DNA from: Alphaproteobacteria bacterium
Lineage (GTDB): Bacteria; Pseudomonadota; Alphaproteobacteria; UBA828
Direction of reading: 5' to 3'
Length of the DNA stretch: 64,000 bases
Assembly (NCBI GenBank): GCA_963422645.2
Contig: CAXXVO010000017.1
Coordinates: 128,001-192,000, forward strand
The first letter of the stretch is position 1; each line of letters opens with the position of its first letter. Positions 18,485 to 28,077 of this stretch are shown in pieces. Under the pieces are notes generated by a model. The model worked only from the letters and a program-made list of their open reading frames with translations. It searched no databases and had not been told where the DNA came from. The position numbers were made by a program, and so were the translations under genes.

Positions 18485-19211
18485 GGGTCATGCTCCGCAC
18501 GAGTTGCGGTGAATGTAGGCCTATTCCCCGCAGCGGCAAGGCCGTCCGGGCCTGCATGGCGAAGAGCCGGCCTTCGATCCGGCCTGTGTTGGCGAGCGCG
18601 TCAGAGCGCGCTCGTTCGCTGAAGTTCGGCAGCCGGGTGTCTTTGTCCGGCGATCGGTGTACGCCGATCCCGTGTACTTGCCGCCGTGGTGGCCCTCTCC
18701 GTCCGCGGCCCATGACGGCCGGCGCGGCGTCCTCTGCGACGGGACGCCCGCCCGGCGCCCGCGTCACGGCCGCCCTTCGCCTCTCTGCGTCGCTCGGGCG
18801 CGGTGGGAATCGGGCAAGAGGAGCGCGGCGCCAGGCGGGATCGATCGCGCGAGCGCCGGGGATCGGCGGAAAGGGCACGCAGCGCTGGGAGGCGGAGGCC
18901 GCGCCGTGAAGTGACGGTGACCACCTGCCGGCAGAATACCGTGGCGGTCAGGCGCGCAGACCGAAGATCGCCCTGCTGTGCGGCAGCGGCGCGAGCTGTT
19001 CGACGATCGCGGCTGGATCGGCGCGGCGCGGCGCGCAGAAAGTCACCGCGGTCACCAGAGAGGCGGCGACGGGACCGCCACATGTTGCGCAAGGCCGGCC
19101 GCAGCCGCTCCGCGTTGGCGGGACCGCCGTCGCACAAGCGGTGCTGTTCGGAGGGTGGCGCGAGCCCTTCGCATTGGCGGCGGGAGGACCGCCGTCCGCG
19201 TGCACGGGCAG

Positions 19212-20132
19212 CTACATGGTCCCGTCGAAGAAGCCGAGGCACGCGCGAGCCTGCGGCCTCTGCCTTCCCTCCGGTGTGAGCGCGGCAGTGAAGCACCGGG
19301 CGGTCTCGACAAAGCCGTCGCCCAGCGCCACCAGAGCCCCGCTCTCCACGTACCGCCCGATCAGGTGACGCCAGCCCAGCACCAGGCCGCGGCCGGCAAC
19401 CGCTGCCTCCAGTGCGTACAGATGAATGTCGAACTCTTCATAGCATTGCCTGGAGGCCGGGCGGCCGGACGCGGCAAACCATCGCTTCCACGACGAAGCG
19501 CCCTCCCCGGGGCGGGCGAAGGCGAGAAAGGTCAGGCCGCCCCAGCCCGCCACCGGCCCGCTCAGGGTCTCTGCATGCTCAGCCGCGTAGCCGGGCGAGC
19601 AGAAGGGCCTCAACGCCTCCCGGGCGACGACAACGCGGTCCCCGGGTGTGGAGATCCCGGCGTCCCAGGCCAGGACCACGTCGGCGGGCGGCCGGGGCGG
19701 AACGTGGCCCATGGCGGGGGAGTGGACCTGGATGCGGAGGCGGACATGCTCCCCCAGGGCCTCCCTGAGCGCCTGGTAGCGTGGCATCAGGAAGAGATGC
19801 GACACCTCGTCCGCGCAGGCGATGGCCACCTCCGGCCGGGCCTCGCCCGAGAGCGATGCCGCGTCCGCCGCCCCCGCGCGAAGGGCGCCGAGACCCACGT
19901 GCACGGCGTCGCGAAAGAGCCGGCCGGGCTCGGTCAGGCGTACGCCCGTCCGGGAGCGCTCGAACAGCCGCGCGCGGAGCTGAGTCTCGAGGCGCGCCAT
20001 GTGGCGGCTGATCACGGATTGCGTGGTGCCGAGTTCCGCCGCCGCCCTCGAGAAGTTGCCGTAGTGCGCGGCGCTCTCGAAGGCGATCAAGGCGCTCGCG
20101 GGCGGTATCGAGTATGGCCCGCGATCGCTCAC
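19212..20132 (-). CDS. LysR-family transcriptional regulator (GcvA-like)
   Basis: IPPASALIAFESAAHYGNFSRAAAELGTTQSVISRH HTH; start uncertain (20132 or 20159). Confidence 0.88.
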   Translation of the reverse strand: MSDRGPYSIPPASALIAFESAAHYGNFSRAAAELGTTQSVISRHMARLETQLRARLFERSRTGVRLTEPGRLFRDAVHVGLGALRAGAADAASLSGEARPEVAIACADEVSHLFLMPRYQALREALGEHVRLRIQVHSPAMGHVPPRPPADVVLAWDAGISTPGDRVVVAREALRPFCSPGYAAEHAETLSGPVAGWGGLTFLAFARPGEGASSWKRWFAASGRPASRQCYEEFDIHLYALEAAVAGRGLVLGWRHLIGRYVESGALVALGDGFVETARCFTAALTPEGRQRPQARACLGFFDGTM

Positions 20133-20276
20133 GGTCGTGCCCGCGTGCTCAGTGTGCATGGGCTCGACCGGGCCCTGGTCCGGACGTCGCTGCGCCGTGC
20201 CGGCCGCGGCGAGACGCTGCCCGCCGGGTAGTATTGCCCGAACCACCGCCATCTCCGGGGCACCGGGCTTGCAGCG

Positions 20277-20699
20277 TCATGAGGCATCGTCCGGCGCGGT
20301 GCGCTTCGTCAGCGTCACGACGTTGCGGCCGTCCTGGCGCCGCCAAGCCGCGCCGTCTATGGTCTTGCGTACGAGATAGGTGCCGAGGCCGCCCCTGGCG
20401 TGGTCTACCAGCGGAGCGGACGAATCTCGCTTCGGCGCCTGCAGTGGGTCGAACGCCCTGCCGTCGTCTGCGATCTCAACGACCGGGGTGCCGCCTTCAA
20501 GGCGCAGGACGAGGTCGATCAAGTGCTGCCTGCCGTCGTCGTGGCCGTAGCCGATCGTGTTGGTCACCAGCTCATCAACCGCCAGAGTGGCGTCGAAGCA
20601 GATGCCGGGCGCCAAGCCGTGTGCCGTGCAAAATGCGTCAATCCTGGCGGCAGCGCTGCTAGTGCCACGCAGGTCGCTGGCAACCGAGAACTCAAGCAT
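20277..20699 (-). CDS. RsbW-like anti-sigma factor / HATPase_c_2 ATP-binding protein
   Basis: LAVDELVTNTIGYG, IADDGRAFDPL and GGLGTYLV. Confidence 0.85.
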   Translation of the reverse strand: MLEFSVASDLRGTSSAAARIDAFCTAHGLAPGICFDATLAVDELVTNTIGYGHDDGRQHLIDLVLRLEGGTPVVEIADDGRAFDPLQAPKRDSSAPLVDHARGGLGTYLVRKTIDGAAWRRQDGRNVVTLTKRTAPDDAS

Positions 20700-20787
20700 G
20701 TCGCCGCAGTTGTCGGTAATCGTCCGCCCGATGCTTCGATCCCGATCGACATTACGCGCGGCAACAGCGTCCGTCCCGCGCGCGGCC

Positions 20788-21063
20788 CTAACGCTGTGCC
20801 GGCTCGACGATGATGCGCCCCCGGCCGCGCCTGAGCAGATACCCGCCGCGCGGGATCGCGAGTGTGCCCTGCTGCACCAGCGGCCAGAGGGTGTCGACGA
20901 TGAGTTCGGCATTCCCGTCCGGCGCCGCTCCCGCAGCTGCCGGCTGCGACGACAGCCATTCGACGAAAGCACGATCGCCGATCTCGTCGCCTATGGACTT
21001 CCTCAGCGCATTGAGCTTCCTGTGCTGGCCCTTGGTCAATGCGGATTCGTTGATTGCGGACAT
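20788..21063 (-). CDS. Hypothetical protein (91 aa)
   Basis: GGAGGAAGGGG RBS-like sequence upstream; protein-like composition. Confidence 0.6.
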   Translation of the reverse strand: MSAINESALTKGQHRKLNALRKSIGDEIGDRAFVEWLSSQPAAAGAAPDGNAELIVDTLWPLVQQGTLAIPRGGYLLRRGRGRIIVEPAQR

Positions 21064-21101
21064 GCGATCCCCTTCCTCCGATGGCTGAAGCGTTGCCGGC
21101 G

Positions 21102-21270
21102 TCATATAGCAGGCTGAGCGGATTCCGGCGAACCTCGCCGGCCCGTCGCGGCGGCTGGACCGGTATCCGCGGCAGTCTTGCCGCCCAGCAGGTCGGCGCT
21201 GATACTGGCGGCGATCCGGGCCGCCGCATCATGCACGGAATCCCGCGCGAGGTGGGCGTAGCGCGCGCCC
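21102..21270 (-). pseudogene. Tyrosine integrase C-terminal remnant
   Basis: ARYAHLARDSVHDAAARIAASISADLL matches the catalytic-Tyr tail of phage integrases; upstream part absent. Confidence 0.7.
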
Positions 21271-21495
21271 TGGTCGCTTGCGGCGGTTCACGCCCTGCCG
21301 CACATTCATTGCCTGACGAAACTCATGGAAATGCGCGAATTTGAATGATTTTCGTAACTACCCAGGTACCCCAATCCTGAGTTGAGGACGGTGATTATGG
21401 CGGCGGCCGCGGTCTGGTTCTGCCACCGCGATTGGTTCTTGACCTCATAGAGTTGCGGGACTATGGACTGCTCTCTCGCGTGACGGGAGCGGTCC

Positions 21496-22160
21496 ATGGG
21501 GTATTTCGGCTCGAAGGCGACAGCAGGTCTGTGCCAAGCGCTGATTGCGCTGATGCCGCCGCACTCCGTCTACATCGAGAGCCACCTTGGGGCGGGGCGC
21601 TGACGAAGCGCAAGCCGCCGGCCGTGCGTTCGATCGGCATCGACCGCGATGCGCAGGCGCTCGAGGCCTTCGTCTGCGACTACCCGGTCGATCTGGTTCA
21701 CGGCTGTGCCCATGACTTCCTGGCCTCGTTCCCGTTCCTGGGCCCGGAGCTGGTTTACAGCGATCCGCCCTATCTGCACGCGACCCGCCGCTCGGCGCAG
21801 CGCTACCGCTTCGAGTACGAGGAGGCCGGCCACGTCGCGCTTCTCGCGCTGCTCAAGGCTCTGCCCTGCCAGGTCATGATCTCGGGCCATCCGTCGGCGC
21901 TCTATGACGAGGTGCTGGCGGGATGGCGCCGGCTGGCGCTGCAGGTCACGACCCAGGGTCTGGTGCGAACCGAGGTCGTCTGGTTCAACTACGCCCCCGA
22001 CCGGATGCATTGGGCCAGCCACGCAGGCCGGAACTTCACCGACCGCCAGCGCATCAAGCGCAAGGCAGCCAACTGGGGCCGGCGCTACCAGGCCTTGCCG
22101 CCGGGCGAACGCCTCGCCGTGCTCGCCGCCATGATGGCCGTCGAGGCCGAAGACACGTGA
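21496..22160 (+). pseudogene. DNA adenine methyltransferase (D12/Dam class), frameshifted near 21590
   Basis: MGYFGSKA...MPPHSVYIESHLG, then one base short in a G run before GGALTKRKPPA...DPPY. Confidence 0.8.
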
Positions 22161-22315
22161 CGGTGTCGCACTGGCACGAAGACCTCGCCGCCCGTAACGA
22201 GGCCTTCTGCTGCCTGTGAGCGTGCGCCCAGCATTTGATGGTGCGGTTTTCGGATTATTTGATGTTCGTGATGCGGCGCTTGGTTGATCTGCGAGAGCGG
22301 TGAGTGGCCTGGCTT

Positions 22316-23185
22316 TCATCGAGACCGCAGGAGCATCTCGTTCCAGTCCTTGGCGTGTCGTGGGCGCAACCTTTTCACCCTTGGATCGTTGAGCACGAGA
22401 TGCTCGGCGGCAGTGTCGCCGGCGCTGTCTGCGTCGTAGGCACAGACGATGCGACGTGGCTTCCACTCCTTGATCCAGGGCGGGACCGAGCTGGCGATGC
22501 CGGCGGTTGAGGCGACGACGGCGCCGTTCTCGCGCGTCCCCTCGACGCGCAGGCTTCGTGCAGAGATGGCGTCGACGGCGCTCTCGGTGAGGATGACGAG
22601 GGCGGGCTGGTTTCGGTCGCAGTGGAGCCAGAAGCCGCCACGCGCCTTGCGCGATCCCGGGGCCATGCCCCTGAAGCGTTTTGTTCCGGGCTGCGGCGCG
22701 GTGCCGAGGATCTCGGCGCCGGTCGTGTGCCCGCTGGCGTTTCGGCAGATGAAGACGGCGTTGATCCTGTCATCGGCGTAGAGGAGGCCTCGGCCGTGGC
22801 AGGCTTCGAGCACGTCGGTGCCGATAGCGCGTTGGCGGATGAGGGCGTCCCGGACCCTGGGCCAGGCGCGGGGACTGGGCCTTGGCAGCCGCAGGCGTCG
22901 CGGGGCGGCTGGGATGGTGGTGATCTCCCTCCGCCCCTCATGGCTTCCGAGGAAGCGGAGGGCTTCCGGGAAGCGGCATCCCGTCGCATGGATGACGAGG
23001 TCGATGGCGCCACCCCCTCCCGTGCCGCGCAGGTGATCGAAGAACTTCTCGCCGTTGATGCTGATGACCGAGCCCCCGCGCTTGAAGCGCGCCCGGTCGG
23101 TCGGGTCTCTGCGGTAGCCGAGGGCGGCGGCGACCCGGTCGAGGGGGATGTTGCGGCAGGTGGCCAGGGGATCGCCGCCGCTCAT
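22316..23185 (-). CDS. DUF3991/TOPRIM primase-like protein
   Basis: GGGGAIDLV primase N-terminal motif; TOPRIM motifs ILTESAVDA and CAYDADSAGD. Confidence 0.8.
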   Translation of the reverse strand: MSGGDPLATCRNIPLDRVAAALGYRRDPTDRARFKRGGSVISINGEKFFDHLRGTGGGGAIDLVIHATGCRFPEALRFLGSHEGRREITTIPAAPRRLRLPRPSPRAWPRVRDALIRQRAIGTDVLEACHGRGLLYADDRINAVFICRNASGHTTGAEILGTAPQPGTKRFRGMAPGSRKARGGFWLHCDRNQPALVILTESAVDAISARSLRVEGTRENGAVVASTAGIASSVPPWIKEWKPRRIVCAYDADSAGDTAAEHLVLNDPRVKRLRPRHAKDWNEMLLRSR

Positions 23186-23226
23186 TGCCGGGTCCCGGCG
23201 AAGGTCTGCTTGGAAGGGAGGCTGAC

Positions 23227-23287
23227 GGCGTTCCCGTTCCTGTACCCTTCAACGCTTAAGAGTTCCGGGAACGGGAACGGGAACGCC
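23227..23287. repeat. 14-bp perfect inverted repeat with tandem GGGAAC hexamers
   Basis: GGCGTTCCCGTTCC (23227-23240) / GGAACGGGAACGCC (23274-23287). Confidence 0.8.
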
Positions 23288-24286
23288 TCATCCCGCACTT
23301 CCGTTGATGGCGGCAGGGGATTGCGGCTCCCGGTGCGCCTCGGCGGCTGCGAGGCGATAGCCACCCCTGGGCGCCCGTTCGATGCGCCCCTCCCTGGTGA
23401 GGCTCTCGATGGCGGCAACGACGGTGGCGTTGCGGGCAGCGGCGCGTGAGCGGATCTGGGCTTTCGAGAGCGGCTTTTCGGCCTGCTCGATCGCCTTGAA
23501 GACGCGCTGCTCGACGGTGGCGGGCTCGTGCCTGTCTTCATCTGCCGCGTCCTGGTGCAGACGGAAGGCCGGCCCATGTCCGCCGTCGACGAGTTCCAGC
23601 TCGATGTCGTTGAGGCCCCGGGCGTCGCGCTGCTCGACCGTCATGACGATCTTCTTGTCGCGCCGGCGCAGGTACAGATTTGAGTCACCCCAAGCGTGCA
23701 GCTCGCTGCTCCCGCGCAGGGCCTGCCCCGGCCGGGTGCCGCCGCTCTTGCGGGCGTGGTGGACGAGGAGGACGGCGGTTTCGAAGCGGCGCTGCAGTTC
23801 GCGCAGGAAGCCGAGGATGGGGGCGATCTCTGCGACGGCGTTCTCGTCGACGCTGTGCAGGCGGACCAGGGGATCGAGGATCAGGAGGCGCGGTTCGATG
23901 CGCTCCACGGTCTGCTGCAGGCGTTGACGGTCGCCGGGCCGGTCGAGACGCAGGGTGGGCACGTCGATGACGGCGATGTCGAGTTCGTCGAAGGGGGTGG
24001 CGGCGGCGCGGGCGATCCCCTGCAGACGCTTGCGCACCCTGTGGCCGGCGTCCTCGGCGGCGAAGAGCAGCACGGTGCCGCTTGCGCTGGGGCGGTAGTG
24101 GCGCAGGCATGGGACGCCGGTGGCCACGGCGACGGCGAGATCGAGCGCGAGCAGGGATTTGCCGCACTTGGGCTCGCCGCCGACGATGCCCACGGCCTGC
24201 TCGGCCCACAGCGTGTCCACCATCCACTGTTGCGCCCGGGGGCGATCCTCGAGCTGCATCGGCGCCCGTGTCGGGAAGCCCTTCAC
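23288..24286 (-). CDS. RepA-like (AAA_25, RecA/DnaB-fold) helicase/ATPase
   Basis: Walker A GGEPKCGKS, FAAED, ILDPL, LVHHARK and LRGSS; GTG start overlaps the ExeA stop. Confidence 0.85.
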   Translation of the reverse strand: MKGFPTRAPMQLEDRPRAQQWMVDTLWAEQAVGIVGGEPKCGKSLLALDLAVAVATGVPCLRHYRPSASGTVLLFAAEDAGHRVRKRLQGIARAAATPFDELDIAVIDVPTLRLDRPGDRQRLQQTVERIEPRLLILDPLVRLHSVDENAVAEIAPILGFLRELQRRFETAVLLVHHARKSGGTRPGQALRGSSELHAWGDSNLYLRRRDKKIVMTVEQRDARGLNDIELELVDGGHGPAFRLHQDAADEDRHEPATVEQRVFKAIEQAEKPLSKAQIRSRAAARNATVVAAIESLTREGRIERAPRGGYRLAAAEAHREPQSPAAINGSAG

Positions 24287-24987
24287 CGCCGTGCCCTCTT
24301 CGGCTTGGCGGGCTCGCCCAGGATCTCCATGAAGAGCTTCTCGTCGAGAACCTCGCGGTTCTTCTCGGCGCCGGCGGCGAGCAGCATGTCGCCCATGACG
24401 GTAAGCGCCCTGGGGTTGCCGCCGGCGTGGGTGACCAGGGTGTCCTTGAGCTCTGCGCTCATGAGGCCCGGATTGCCGGCCTGCTCGACCAGATGGTCGA
24501 GCAGGGCCGCGAGGTCGCCGGCGTCTGCCTGGGTCATGACCAGGCGCTGGCGCAGGCGCGAGGCGATGGGCTGCAAGTCGGGCTGGCGGAGCCTGTCGAT
24601 CAGGCGGCTGTCGCCGGCGAAGACGACCGAGAGGATGGCGCGCGAGTCGAAGTCGGTGGACGCCAGCAGGCGGATCTCGGAGATCACCGAGGGCAGCAGC
24701 TCCTGGGCCTCGTCGATGAGCACCACGGGCCGCATGCGGGTGTCGTCGACATGGGTGAGCCATCGCTCGCGCAGGTTTTTGAAGCTGGCCCAGCGGTTGT
24801 TGTACATCAGGTCGACGCCGAACATCCCGCCGATCTCGCGGTAGAAGTCGGACAGCCTGGAAGAGGGGTGGGTGATGGCACAGACCCTGAGCCCGTCCGA
24901 GCGGCCGAGGCGGTCGGCGAGCACGCGCAACGCCACGCTCTTTCCGGTGCCGGGCTCGCCGGCGATCAACGCGAAGCCGCCCTGGCT
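24283..24987 (-). pseudogene. ExeA/TniB-like AAA+ ATPase, 5' end replaced by IS sequence
   Basis: FALIAGEPGTGKS, VLIDEAQ, PIASRL and AGGNPR; N-terminus fused to a truncated transposase. Confidence 0.8.
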
Positions 24988-26199
24988 GAGCTCCGGCTCG
25001 TCGGCGCCTGCCAGCGCCTGGCAAGGGCGAGCTGCCACGCCCGCACGCCGGCCTCGTCGTCGGCGATGAGAGCGATCTTGCGGCGCAGCGTCTTGACCTC
25101 GGGGCAGCGATCGAGGCCGAGAATGGCGCCCCATTCGCCCGGCGCCTGGTAGCGCAGGCTCTCGGGGTTGCGCACCCGCGCCAAGGTCATGAAGGCCAGG
25201 AAGAGCAGGATCGTAGGCAAGCCGTAATAGCCCTTCGGCAGCAATGGCAGGAGACCGGTCTCGGAGAGAAGACCTTCCTTCAGCAGGGCCGGCAGGGCGG
25301 CGAGCACGCCGCCGAAGCGGACACCGCGGGCGGCGGCGGCGAACTGCGGTTCGACCGGCCCCGCCTGTCCACAACTGGCCAGAACCCGAGCCGGAACATC
25401 GCAAGTCGCACGCCCCATCGGCGCCTGCCGGTCCCGCCGATCGCGCGCGCTGCGATCCGTTTGCGGCTGCGCTTCCAGCCCCGGCGCCGTCTCCGGCCCC
25501 GGGGCACCGGTACTCTCTTCATCGACACGGCCTTCAGGAGCCGCACCCGCGTCAGGCGGCGCAGCCAGCGCTGAGCGTCCGGGCTCCCCATCCGCCTCCG
25601 TGTTGCCGATCAGTCCCTGACGGCGCCACTTGTTGACCGATGGCGCTGACACGCCGAGAACCCGGGCCGCCGCAGAGCCGCTCAGGCCCGATGCCAGCAA
25701 CGCCGTCGCCTTCTCCGCCAACTCCGGAGTGAACACCGACGGCCCGCGACCGCGCCGGGGCTTCATGAACCCCGCTTCGCCCTCGGCCAGGTAGCGCCGT
25801 CGTGCGCGCTGCACCGTCGCGCGCGAGACAGCGAAAGCGTCAGCCAGTTCCTGCGGCGAGACCGCGCTGATCGCCGCGAGGCGGCCGATCCGCAAGAGCA
25901 TGGCCGTGCGGTCATCGGCGGCGTGGCTGTCAAAGGGAATGAGGTTGGAAAAGTAGGTGAAGGTGTCGTCCGAGATCAGGACGGCGAAGCAGCTGTTGCC
26001 GATCGAGACCGCCTCTGGAGGGCACATTGGGAGGGTACTGGGCATGGTTGAGACCGTGCAATTGGTATCAAATTATACTATCAGACCTCGGGCGCGACAC
26101 CCAGCGAAAAACCGCCTGAAACAACCGAAATGTATCAGAATTCAAGGAGTTCCCGGCACGCTGCCCAGAACAGCCAGCATCACGAGGTCAGGAAGTCTG
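24988..26199 (-). mobile_element. Truncated copy of the unclassified IS at 45616-48127 (left end and 5' half of transposase)
   Basis: Near-identical to 45616-~46826 in reverse complement; same CAGACTTCCTGACCTC end; homology stops at GAGCTC 24988-24993. Confidence 0.92.
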
Positions 26200-26309
26200 A
26201 TATTTTGACAGGAAAGAGAAAGAACGATGAGGAAACAGGAAATGGCAACCGAGTCCGCCGAGGTCATATCCCTGCGCCCCCGGGGCGGCGCAAAGGCTTC
26301 CGAGCAAAA

Positions 26310-28077
26310 CAGTCATGGTCCCCGCGGTTCTGAGCCACCCCGTGGCATGAAACAGGAGCGGTTCGGCTGACGTTTTCCTTGCGCTTGCACCCATTTGCCG
26401 TGTCAGGATGGGTATTGGCGGAGGTGGGGACGTGTGAGCGTCGTTATATCGGTGACGTAGTTCCCGATGACAAAACTGCTTCCGGCGGCCGGCTCCGCAC
26501 CCCGTATTGTACCCGGCCCGTGGCCGTGGACGCGCGGCAAATTGCACCGCACCCGCTCGTCGGATGCGTGTTCTTCCGACCGCTGTCCCCGCCTCCACCG
26601 TGGCGATGCCACGGCGTGATCGTACGCCGCCGTGGCGAGAGCGCAAATGAGGAGGAAGGCGATGAAGACGGAAGGCTTGCACGTCGTCCGGCCGCGCGCG
26701 GCGGGTCTGGACGTGCACAAGATGGAGATCACCGCGACGGTTCGCCTCTGTGAGGGCGAGGGTGAGCCGGTGGTGGAGACGCGCTGCTTCGGCACGCTGC
26801 CGAGCGGTCTGGAGGAGATGGTCGCGTGGCTGACCGGTCACGGCGTCGAGGCTGCGGTGATGGAAGGGACCGGGGTCTACTGGCAGGCGCCCTTCGCGGC
26901 CCTGGAGGCGGCCGGGCTCGAGGCGATCCTGGTGCATGCGCGTCAGGTGAAGCAGTTGAAGGGGCGCAAGACCGACGTGGCGGACAGCGTGTGGCTGGCC
27001 TGCGTGTGCCAGTTCGGGCTCTGCACGCCTTCCCACGTTCCGCCTGAGCCGTTCCGGGAGCTGCGCGCACTGAGCCGCCAGCGCCGCGTCCTGGTCAGGC
27101 AGCGCTCCGCCGTGCGCAACCGCGTGCAGAAGATCATCGACCGCGCCGGTGCGCGCATCGGCGGCATCCTCTCCGACGTCTTCGGCGTCAACGGCCGGAA
27201 GATCCTCGACGGCCTGGCGCAGGGGACGGCGCGCGAGGTCATCCTCGCCTCGCTCACCAGCCACGTTGCGAACAAGCTGGAGGGGCTCGGCGAGGCGCTC
27301 ACCCTGAGCCTGGGCGACAACGACCGCTTCATGCTCAACGACCTGCTGGAGGAGCATGACGCGCTTGAGGCGCGCATCGCGTCCTACACCAGGAAGATCG
27401 ACGGGCAGATGACACCGTGGGAGGAGCAGCTCCGTCTGCTGACCACCATCCCCGGCATCGACCGCACCGCCGCCTCGACCATCCTCATCGAGATCGGCCC
27501 CGACATCGGCGTGTTCGCCTCCAAGGAGCACTTCGCCGCCTGGGCCGGGCTCTGCCCCGGCAACAACGAGAGCGGGGGCAAGCGCCGCAACGCACGCACC
27601 CGCATGGGCTCCAAGACCCTGCGCGCCTGCCTCGTCGAGTGTGCCCACGGCGCGGCCCGAACCAAGGGGTGCCAGTTCGAGGCTCATCACCGCGCCCTCG
27701 CCGCCCGGCGCGGCTACAAGCGCGCCATCGTCGCCGGCGCTCACAAGATGCTGCGCATCATCTATGTGGTGCTCAAGACCGGCAGGCCCTACTACGACCG
27801 CACGGCCGACTACGACGCTCTGATGGTCAAGCGCAACGCTCCTCGGTGGATCCGCATGCTCCGCCGCTACGGCTACATCGAGCCCGTAGGCGCGGAACTC
27901 AAGGCCGCCTGAGCGGCCCGCATCTCGTCAGCCGGCTACGCGGGACCGCTTCGGACCACATCGGGGAAGTCCACCGCTCGTCTCCGCCGCGCCGACCCTG
28001 GCGGTCTCAGCCAACGCCGTGACCTCGGGGTTGGAGCGTCACCGCGCGTCCCTCGCCAGAATCTGTTTCACGGCAAA
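26310..28077 (+). mobile_element. IS110-family element with ~350 bp non-coding left end
   Basis: No TIR or classical TSD; boundaries defined by the restored HTH frame, with a shared AAA core at both junctions. Confidence 0.85.
26662..27912 (+). CDS. IS110-family DEDD recombinase/transposase
   Basis: AGLDVHK, VMEGTGVYW, RKTDVADS, TIPGI and WAGLCPGNNESGGK. Confidence 0.95.
   Translation: MKTEGLHVVRPRAAGLDVHKMEITATVRLCEGEGEPVVETRCFGTLPSGLEEMVAWLTGHGVEAAVMEGTGVYWQAPFAALEAAGLEAILVHARQVKQLKGRKTDVADSVWLACVCQFGLCTPSHVPPEPFRELRALSRQRRVLVRQRSAVRNRVQKIIDRAGARIGGILSDVFGVNGRKILDGLAQGTAREVILASLTSHVANKLEGLGEALTLSLGDNDRFMLNDLLEEHDALEARIASYTRKIDGQMTPWEEQLRLLTTIPGIDRTAASTILIEIGPDIGVFASKEHFAAWAGLCPGNNESGGKRRNARTRMGSKTLRACLVECAHGAARTKGCQFEAHHRALAARRGYKRAIVAGAHKMLRIIYVVLKTGRPYYDRTADYDALMVKRNAPRWIRMLRRYGYIEPVGAELKAA

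Noticed and set aside
18500-19210. ORFs or structured repeats in the GC-rich gap between Fic and LysR
   Set aside because: All frames are low-complexity Arg/Ala-rich and the hairpins are short; nothing supportable.
24283-24987. Type II secretion system (ExeA)
   Set aside because: No secretion genes nearby; the context is mobile-element replication and transposition.
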